Below, one piece after another: positions 54,286 through 64,000 of a stretch of 64,000 nt of DNA. How positions within the stretch are numbered: the stretch's first letter is position 1; each line of letters starts with the position of its first letter. Location: NCBI GenBank assembly GCA_040954595.2, contig CM082595.2, forward strand, positions 7,120,193 to 7,184,192. Direction: 5' to 3'. The notes below the pieces were generated by a model. It worked only from the letters and a program-made list of their open reading frames with translations. It had not been told where the DNA came from and did no database searches. The DNA comes from Balanoglossus misakiensis. Its lineage: Eukaryota > Animalia > Hemichordata. A program made the position numbers and the translations under genes.

Positions 54286-55974
54286 TCCTCCGGTAAGTAC
54301 CACGCAGCCATTTTGATTTACGTTCTCAGAATGCACAAATCATTATTCTACCGAATTCTGGAAGGAGCAGACTTCATTCTGCCATTTTACGGTTTAATAG
54401 TTAGAAACACCATCATTCAAATGCAGTATTCTGTGATCAAAATTGAGTGAGTAATATCTACATTCTCTATATAATAAAACCGGAACTATTTTGCTCTAGT
54501 TACATTTGGGTAAACTGTGTATAAAAGCGGTCACAAAGCTCAGCAAAGTATATGATACCACGCATGCGCAATCGTAGAGATGTATGTGTCGCAAAGAACC
54601 ATCATTTGCCTATTTGTAATGCCGTTGCCATGGTGTCTGTCTGTCATTTTATGTTTTATCGCGTAAAGTCAAAACGACCACATTTTGTTGTCAAGACAAG
54701 TAGTCAGCTGTCACAGACAAAGTTCAATGGCCGTACTGACATGAACCCACGTTGATGTGTCCTAAGGTATCACTTCAGCTCGGTAGTAAATGCTGCAACA
54801 GGTGAAAATGTCTTACTGTGTCTTATTTTGTTTGCTTTTTAAATTACAGCTCAGAATTTCCTGAAGTAAACGTGGACATACCTTCCAGTCAGATGTGATG
54901 ACCAGCATGAATTCTCAGTGGAAATGTCGCTTGCAATTTTTGTCTTCAAACTTCCCAATCGCTGAGATTGTTGTAGTCGACTTGCAGTAACCCTCACCCT
55001 CTTGGTATGATAGCTCATTGACAAGTAGTCGGCGCCTGCGCAGTATATTTATTGTGAAGAAGGCATGCGCAGGACATGCAGGGCACGTGATCACGTAATT
55101 CTGTGTATGAACTGATTATTCCAGTATTTATTCTTTTTGTTAAATTTGTATTTTATGTTCTTAAGAATATTACAGTGATACAGGGTAATAAACCTGGCTT
55201 CTTTTTTGAATAAAAGACAATGAATTACATGAATTGTTCTTTGTAAGGTTTACGCAGTGAGGCAAGTAATATTATGATTAACTAAGACGCCTTTCCAATC
55301 GGTTGTCTTAATGGTTTCATTTCAGCCATCGGGAGACTACACACATTGATGAACACGCTTCACATAAAATGGCTAAATAATGAAAGCGTTTTTGTTTGTC
55401 ACTAACAGATAATCAGCTGAAAAGGCACACATATTTTATTGCTAATATGATGTTTCTTTGCCAAAAAATGAGAAATTCTTCCTGTGTTCGCAACTAACGT
55501 GTAATCGCCAATCTCCACGTAAACAAAATGTCGTTTATGTGAATGTCAGTTTTGACACAACGATTGACGACGTCATAGGCCATAGGTCGATACCCTCCTG
55601 TAATTCTTTACTTAGAATGCCACTAGGACGGATATTTTGTAAACAGAAATGAAAATATGAGTGTCAAATGTACTAACTGCAATTTTTGCTGCTGAGAGAT
55701 GTAACTGAAGGATAAATACTTTTCAATTTGTATTATATAACATTCAAAGCCTTATCACTTCGCTCAATGATATACCTATTATTATAAGGAATGGGTTAAA
55801 GACGTGATGTTGGTAACCATGAGAGAAAATGATGAACAAGGGTGGGTGGGTGAGCAGTCATAGGCCAACAATTTCCCTGATGCGATCGCCCTTCATCCCA
55901 CATAACTACCTTGCCTTTGGTGCTGGATCCTAATTACATCTTAACTTCTAGCTCCTGCAAGCAAGGGATTGAAT

Positions 55975-57470
55975 TCCTCCTCTACCAGCTTATATACAAA
56001 AGCATTATGAATATTCATGATTAATTTACGTAATGCTTTCACTGCGTGATAAGGTTTTGAATACGTGGCGTTTTCCCATCAGCAACTTCGAGGAAGGGGT
56101 CATGTGACCAAACCAGAGACGTCTGTCTGGCTTACCTGTGAGAGTTTGAACTTCTCTGTGAGTATTGCGTCTTTTTAGCCAACGTAGCGAACTAGCTGTG
56201 GCGTGAGTTTTCAATTGAGAAACTGTCGTTTTAACGCTTTTATCGTCCGAGCTTTCACACAATACCTGCAAGCTGAATGCCCAGTACCCCGGAGATTGGA
56301 AAGTACCGGGGGTTCGGATTAACGTGTGTTTGTATAGTTGTTTATTTGGGAGTGATTGGGAGTGGTCGTCGTCCCTAACGACTGTATAACTAACGCCGTA
56401 ACGGTCGGGAGCTTTGGTAGTTTATCTGCGTAATCTGTTTGACCAGGTGGGCTAATCGCAATACTTCTCTGAAAGTCTTGGAACGTGAGCGACGGTTAGT
56501 TTTTTAGCAGCCGACTGTTCAGCGACGAAGTGCGATCAGCAGTGCGCAATCAACGTTCTTGTCTGGCGGGTTGTCGTAAAGTCCTCCAAAAGCGATTGCA
56601 ATAGACTCAGCCTGGCCAGACATCGGTTTGACGAGCTGTAAAATCCAGTGACAGAGTAAAACTTGAAGTATTGGCGGATTTTAAATTTTCCACAGACTAA
56701 TAAATAGGCTAGCAGAATCGTTGTCCACGGTCCTCCGTGCGAAATGTCTAATGATATTGTAATGTCAGAACAATGGACCAAATGTGAGTCTGTTTGTGTT
56801 AGATTGCTCGATAGGTCCCCAATCACGATTGCACTCAAACACGTGACTTTTCCTCCTCTACCAGCTTAGATACAAAAACATTATGAATATTCATGATTAA
56901 TTTACATATTGCGTAATGATTTCACTGCGTGATAAGGTTTTGAATACGTGGCGTTTTCCCATCAGCAACTTAGAGGAATGGGTCATGTGACCAAACCAGA
57001 GACGTCTGTCTGGCTTACCGGTGAGAGTTTGAACTTCTCTGTGAGTATTGCGTCTTTTTAGCCAACGTAGCGAACTAGCTGTGGCGTGAGTTTTCAATTG
57101 AGGAACTGTCGTTTTAACGCTTGTATCGTCCGAGCTTTCACACAATACCTGCAAGCTGAATGCCCAGTACCCCGGAGATTGGAAAGTACCGGGGGTTCGG
57201 ATTAACGTGTGTTTGTATAGTTGTTTATTTGGGAGTGATTGGGAGTGGTCGTCGTCCCTAACGACTGTATAACTAACGGTCGGGAGCGTTGGTAGTTTTT
57301 CTGCGTAATCTGTTTGACCAGGTGGGCTAATCGCAATACTTCTCTGAAAGTCTTTTGAAAGGTTTTGAATACGTGGCGTTTTCCCATCAGCAACTTCGAG
57401 TCGGGGTCATGTGACCAAACCACATAATACCTGCAGCAGGTCGAATGCCCAGTACCCCAGAGATTGGACC
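55975..57470. repeat. Tandem duplication of a ~875-bp unit plus rearranged fragments
   Basis: TCCTCCTCTACCAGCTT starts units at about 55975 and 56851, giving near-identical ORFs 56026-56271 and 56897-57154. Segment 56462-56847 recurs inverted at 61298-61673. Confidence 0.85.
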
Positions 57471-57624
57471 TTAACCATACCTCAGGTCGGTTAATATGCT
57501 CCGCTCACGTTTTGTACACTCCCATCCGTTACAGAATCAGTATACATCAGTGTTCGCATCCTATAACGACAGTAATCCGATCGAATTTTCTACAGAATAA
57601 ACTGATCTTTGTCACTGGGCTTTT

Positions 57625-60414
57625 TAGACCATGAGCCAGTATAGGTTTACCTCCCCCCCCCCTCCCCCGGGGGAATTATTGAGACAATGTTTTTCTGAAA
57701 GCCTATCATATACTGAGTAAAATTCACTTTGTTTGCCATCTGGGCACCGGGGCGTTTTCGAGTTATTGGCTTCTAAATTATATTGCGTAACGTATGTATG
57801 AAAGCCTAAAAGTGCATTTAAATTGACGTAGGGGGGTAAATAAGTCTTGTAAAATACTGTCTCTCTGAATGTATACCTCGAACAACAGGGATGTATTTGG
57901 TATCAAAAGAAAGCCTAATAAACAAGCTTTCCATTAATTACAAAATAAAAGTGATATAACAAATCATGACATCATAGTGACGTCATAAGTCAAAATACCC
58001 TTACGAAAATGGTGTTCTGTTCACCTATAAATGTGAGGTTTTGCAAAACACGTCTCTGAGCAATTGTACTGATGAAAACTGTGATGTGTTTGATATCAAC
58101 AGAAAGCTGATTGAGTGAAGTATCTAATTATTGCAAAAAAATGATATAATAATCAATTACGTCATCATTACGTCATACTTCCAAGTACCATATGATATCA
58201 GTTGAATTGATGATATTGAAAGGCAGAGTTGCCACAATTTGGCACATTTAGCCTAAAATGGAACTCAACAATAAAACGAGACGATCCATGTATTCACACT
58301 GTATACTATAAGTCGGTTATACATGGTATAAATTTTTTTATGTACATCTATACCAGCTCCGGATAGATTGTTGACATTTATCCTCTTCGTTCTGAATACA
58401 AAATCAGAAATTTTATTATATCATGATACCTCCTTCATTTTGATTGGACAGGGGTGCAATCCCACGATGCTAAATACTCAATAGAGCTAAAACTGGCCCC
58501 TGAACTAGCACACAACAGGGAAAATGTGGGTTTAAACCTAATAAATATAATAAAAACTCTTAAATTCCTCGACGTTTCAATTTGGAGATGCTCTAAGTGA
58601 ATATTTGGGACTTTGCCATGTACAGTGCCTGTCTTTTTGTCGCCTGTATCATGTTTAATGCTTGGTCCTGGGCAACGTGTTTAGATTCATCGATGCGACT
58701 TTGGTTCAATTCGTATAACTTCTTTTACTCTCGACGCTGTTTCATCATCATTACGAGTTCAATTTGGGCTATCTCCAAATGCAAACATTTTTTTCTCTAG
58801 AAAATGTTTAAAATGATAAATTTGTCTTAAGTAGGTCTTTTTAGGCAATAAATTGCTAAAAACGCAATTTTGACTAGAATGGGGTCAATCAGATTTTTTT
58901 TTACATAGAACGGACTTTTCATACATAATCAGATCTCTTCTAGTTTAGAAGAAAATGGAATGTTTTTCAGTATTTTCTAAAATGGCCTTTTTGGGCAAAA
59001 ACTTGCCAAAAAACGCACTTTAATCTTGAGTGGCGCCAATAAACCTACTTTTTTGAATACCTACCAAATTTTACACAGGGTGGGTATATAATACATTATC
59101 AGATCTCCGAAAGTGAAGAAAATATATCAGTATTGAGTGTTTTCTAACAATGACATTTTTGGGGCAAAAAGTGGCAAAAATGGCACATTTGCCTTGGGTG
59201 GGGGTCAATAAGACTGCTATTTCTGGAATCAGAACTATTTTACATAGCATAAACGTTTCATATATCACATGATCTCTGAATATGAAGAAAACAGTTTGTT
59301 TTTAGTTTTTTTTTTTGTAAAAATGACCTTTTTTGACCTCAAAAATGTGGGCAAAAATGGCATTTTTGTATTGATTGGGGTCAAAAAGACTGCTTTATGT
59401 TTTATAGTCACCATTTTACACATAGAATTGACTTTCCATATATCATCAAATCAATCAATATGAAGAGAAGAGTGTGTTTTAAGTTTTGTCTAAAAATGAC
59501 GTTTTTGGGCAAAAAATGGTCAAAAAGGCAATTCCGTCTCGTTTGGGGTCAGTCAGACTGCTTTTTTCGTAATATCAACCAAATTTTACATAGAATAGGC
59601 ATATCATATGTCATCAGATCTTCGAATGTGATGAAAACAGTGTGTTTTTAGTGTTTTCTAAAAATGTCCCTTTTTTGGGGTAAAACGTGGCAAAATGGCA
59701 ATTTTGTCTTGGGTGGGGTCAATAAGACTGACTTTTTTAGAAACAGCACCATTTTTACATAGAATGGACTTCACAAACCTTCCTTACCAAATTTTTTGTT
59801 TAAAGGCACCTATCTCCTAGGGTAATAACTTGTCATCATAGTCACTAGTTGGTAAGGGTACTTGGAAGTATGACGTAATGATGACGTAATTGATTATTAT
59901 ATCAATTTTTGCAATAATTAGATACTTTACTCAATCAGCTTTCTGTTGATACCAAACACATCACAGTTTTCATCAGTACAATTGCTCAGAGACGTGTTTT
60001 GCAAAACCTCACATTTATAGGTGAACAGAACACCATTTTCGTAATGGTATTTTGACTTATGACGTCACTATGATGTCATGATTTGTCATATCACTTTTAT
60101 TTTGTAATTAATGTAAAGCTTGTTTATTAAGCTTTCTTTTGATACCAAATACTTCCCTGTTGTTCTAGGTATACATTCAGAGAGACAGTATTTTACAAGA
60201 CTAATTTACCCCCTACGTCAATTATATGCACTTTTAGGCTTTTCTACATACGTTACCAAATATAATTTAGAAGCCAATAACTCGAAAACGCCCCGGTGCC
60301 AAGATGGCAAACAAAGTGAATTTTACTCAGTATATGATAGGCTTTCAGAAAAACATTGTCTCAAACATTCCCCCCGGGGGGGGGGTAGGTAAACCTATAC
60401 TGGCTCATGGTCTA
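57625..60414. mobile_element. 2.8-kb non-autonomous DNA transposon with ~560-bp TIRs (Academ-like or foldback-like)
   Basis: TAGACCATGAGCCAGTATAGGTTTACC...GGTAAACCTATACTGGCTCATGGTCTA. Arms at about 57625-58189 and 59857-60414; TTT on both flanks; no coding ORF; internal ~170-bp tandem repeats. Confidence 0.85.
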
Positions 60415-61759
60415 TTTACAATTTTCGCGAAACCATTTTGGTTTTCTTCACATATCATGTAGGCCAGTCACCTTTTGTAGGTCGACATGCCCAGTCTGGT
60501 TTCAAACGATCTTGGCTCTATGAAAATCGGCCCAAACAGGTCCAAGCATAAAGAATTACACCACAGAACGACAGTAGTTGGCTTTATAAACACACACAAC
60601 ATAAAGTTATCGACGAAAAAGTACACGAGCTTGTGATTTTGGGAGAAATCTGGTTTCAGTGCTTTTCAGAACAATCGCGTCCCAGGGAAACAATGGCCAT
60701 GCCATTCAAACAGCTGTTAATCTTTCAGATTTATTTGCTATGTACATGAGATCAATTACACTATAAACAAAGATCATATGCTTTGAGAGATCTTAGTTGT
60801 CGCAATCATGGACAGCACCATGAAGAGACTATGATGCAAAACAACAGGCGTATGCGGAGCGAACAATCTGGTCGTAGCCGAAGTTATACTCGCGCGTGAT
60901 ACAACTGGTTGATTCAAACAAACGTGGTAAATTATGATTCAACTTACAGAAAAACATAGTCACTCTACTTCTTCAACATGCACTAGTAATATCTATGAAA
61001 AACCTAAACCTGATACTGTACAGTCTCGCTAAAGCTAACTTTTCGAATGTTCGTGGATAGTCCTACGTATGGCGAGAGTGTCTGAGTAGCGACCACAGCG
61101 CACGCCATGCCAGTAGGACTTCGACTAATGACTCTCAGTTGCTGATCGTGAGATCATTCGTAAGGCGCAAACTCGCACCACACCGTCGGGGACACGAGAA
61201 GGGCAACGATTACGGGAAATTGATTTACATCAGTTTGGAAAAATGGTTTTTAGTTTCCGCGAATCATTGCTGACCTGACTAGGGTGTATCGAAACCAGTC
61301 ACGTGTTTGAGTGCAATCGTCACTGGGGACCTATCGAGCAATCTAACACACACCGACTCTCATTCGGTCCATTGTTCTGACATTACAATATCATTAGACA
61401 ATTCGCACGGAGGACCGTGGACAACGATTCTGCTAGCCTATTTATTAGTCTGTGGAAAATTTAAAATCCGCCAATACTTCAATTTTTACTCTGTCACTGG
61501 ATTTAACCGATGTCTGGCCAGGCTGAGTCTATTGCAATCGTTTTTGGAGGACTTTACCGACAACCCGCCAGAAAAATACGTCGATTGCGCACTGCTGATC
61601 GCAATTCGTCGCTGAATAGTCGGCTGCTAAAAAAACTAACCGTCGCTTACGTTCCAAGACTTTCAGAGAAGTACATGTATTATAATCTGTACAAACATGT
61701 TCCTTACCCACACAACGTAAACTTTTTTATTTTGTCAAATATTTAGAATTCAGATAGGG

Positions 61760-63425
61760 ATGGATTCCGCCAATCAAGAATACAATTCCATATTTCTCCA
61801 AAAAAGAACATATTTTACCGGCGGTCAACGACTTCAGATTTTCCGAGATAAATTAGCAGATGTTACAATAGGTGAAAACTCTGCTTTACGAGTTCTGGCA
61901 ATCGGCACATGTGATGGTAGGTGTAAAGTTTTTGGGTGGAATTTTACGTTATGGAGCAAGTTTTGAAGTATACAGTCGAACCTCTGTTAGTGGCCACCTA
62001 TATATAGTGGCCACTTTGCAATTGTTACAGTCCCAGTGCAATTCACATATGAATTACTTAACCTCTATATAAAGGCCATCTGTCTATAAAGGCCAGTTTA
62101 GGAAAGTCCCTTGACTGGCCACAATAGAGAGGTTTGACTGTATTGCTCATTAACTTTGAGATTTGCAAACCGAACACACGCTTCCACGGGTTGTTTTTAC
62201 ATGTGTAATTCAGTTGACCTTTTCCATGGTATATTGGGATTAATCGATTCGGTATTTCAATGAATTAAATTAATTATTAGAATTTTTGCTGCGATGATGT
62301 GACATTGGCTGTGATGTTTTTGCGATTTTCACTTGTCTTTGGTCCGTTGAAAATCGCGATATTACCCGCGCTTACATGAGTTATTGCTTGATCGAAATTT
62401 CTCGTTCGTTGATTGATATTTCGATTTGTGTTATTTTCCCTCAAATTATTAGGATCCAATGATATCGACATCATCGACCACTTGAGCGGTACATTCGAGC
62501 GGGTCTTCTACGTCGTCGTGGAGCCTGGACAACATCAGGTCCAGAAGTTCAAAGATTTGGTTGCAACAAAGCAGGAAGAAGGTCTATGGAAAGGCGTTAG
62601 TTTCGAGTTCCACGCAGCTACCATAGAAGACTACCTTGAAGAGATTCGTGGAGAGGGAAGCCAGTGCAAGTTCCACGTGATTCACGCACAACACTGCGCG
62701 TACTACATCTCATCCCAAGAACGCGTATTTGCAGATCTATACCAACTACTGAACAAAGACGGGGTTCTCTTATATATAATTGTTGCAGGTAGCTAAATAT
62801 AACTTCTGCAATTGTATTACAAACAATAGATTCCATCGAACCATGTAAACGTGTATACTTCACCGGCCTGTCATTGGAACCTGCCCTTAGTGCAGTTAAA
62901 AGCATTTGAACCGCAAGAACATCAAATTACTATAATTAAAGATGTTTATGTACTATGAGAATATACTTTTATCTTAACAGGGTGCATGCAGTTTCAATGT
63001 AAACATAGTATTTTGGTGTATTATCCTCCCAAATTCAAATTATAAAATAATCTGTTTATCGAATTACAATTTTCTTGTGTAAAGGTCCTGCTGAGCCGTT
63101 GTTGCGGGGTATGGCGAAACTAAATCAAGCGTGTAGGTGCACAGGTTCGAGTGCTCTACTGACAGCAATGCGTAGCCAACTCCCGGATGTAGAGATCAAG
63201 ACAGCGTACAGAAAGTGTGGAGTCAGAGCCGATGAAATCTTTGAAGACACGACAGAAGGAAACATGTTGCTAGATTTCTACTCTTTGTCATCCAACTTCC
63301 GAAAACACAATACCAAAGATGTTGTCAGCGAATTTCTGGCCTTCCTGAAGGACAACATGTACCAAGTTGACGGTAAATTATACCTTCCGGACGACGAAGA
63401 AGAAATCGTTATAATCAAGGTTTAA
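61760..63425 (+). CDS. HNMT: Histamine N-methyltransferase-like, copy B (277 aa, 3 exons)
   Basis: Exons 61760-61916, 62453-62788, 63085-63425; 834 nt, open frame. Same intron positions and phases as copy A. Confidence 0.85.
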
Positions 63426-63679
63426 TCCATCGTTGGGTCATGAAACCGCCGACTTCGTTACATACCGATTTCTTACGTTTTCGTTCCCCTAAAGATTATT
63501 GATCCAAATATTGCAATCAGTTAAAATTGAAAAATTGCCCAATTTCAAATGACCTTTTAAAATTTTTGGCAACTTCATGATACTAATTATGTCGTTTATA
63601 CTCTTTTGACCATTGTTCCGCTTATTCCCTGCCATGATAAGGTATAAACAGTCTTGCCTTTTCAGTATTGAAGTGTTAT

Positions 63680-64000
63680 ATTGATGGCCATACAGGTGAT
63701 GTTGAAGTGGTTAATATGTGGAAAGACCATTACGAGAATACAAAAACTGGAAAAGAGTCCGCACCTGCTTTTATGAACATTGAGTACTGTGATGACATGA
63801 TTGTACACCATGAAGAAATGTGTGAATTAATTGAGAACCTTAAGACGGGTGCATCGTCGGGTATCGACATGGTGTCACCTGAGCACCTGAAGTATGCGTC
63901 ATACAGAGTCAGTGTTCTACTTTCCCTCTGTTTCACGGCTATTTTAATTCATGGCATTGTTCCCAAACAATTGATGACTACGGTTTTAGTTCCCATTCCA
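63680..64000 (+). mobile_element. Non-LTR retrotransposon ORF2 fragment (region just before the RT core, RTEX-like); runs off the right edge
   Basis: IDGHTGDVEVVNMWKDHYEN...IENLKTGASSGIDMVSPEHLKYASYRVSVLLSLCFTAILIHGIVPKQLMTTVLVPIP matches the LINE pattern LK.G...G.D....EHLK.......L...F......G..P.......VPIP. Confidence 0.75.

Noticed and set aside
58790-59780. Regularly spaced repeats resembling a CRISPR array
   Set aside because: Whole units are homologous with no unique spacers, the context is eukaryotic, and there are no cas genes.

Overview
AT-rich, intron-containing animal genomic DNA, probably from a marine invertebrate (a deuterostome such as a hemichordate or echinoderm is my inference). 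Splicing the sequence by hand gives eight gene loci. (1) A 5'-truncated importin-7 pseudogene on the minus strand with several disabling lesions. (2) An intact 10-exon SLC22 organic cation transporter. (3) An 11-coding-exon TMEM44 with a U12-type (minor spliceosome) intron and probably a GC-AG intron. (4) A class A GPCR with an uninterrupted CDS and an NRY motif. (5, 6) Two oppositely oriented histamine N-methyltransferase-like paralogs about 27 kb apart. (7) A 12-exon SLC2A/GLUT transporter. (8) A small, apparently membrane-anchored protein with a single mucin CysD (WxxW) domain. Introns and intergenic DNA are dense with palindromic MITEs, including about 13 copies of one TTAA-targeting Kolobok-like family. 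Also present are a 2.8-kb long-TIR element carrying a ~170-bp tandem array, LINE fragments (one with a decayed 2A/StopGo motif), a tRNA-derived SINE and large microsatellites. I saw no prokaryote-type system such as CRISPR. The best novelty candidates are the single-CysD membrane protein, the diverging HNMT-like pair and the array-carrying element. All homology calls come from recognising motifs by eye, not from database searches.
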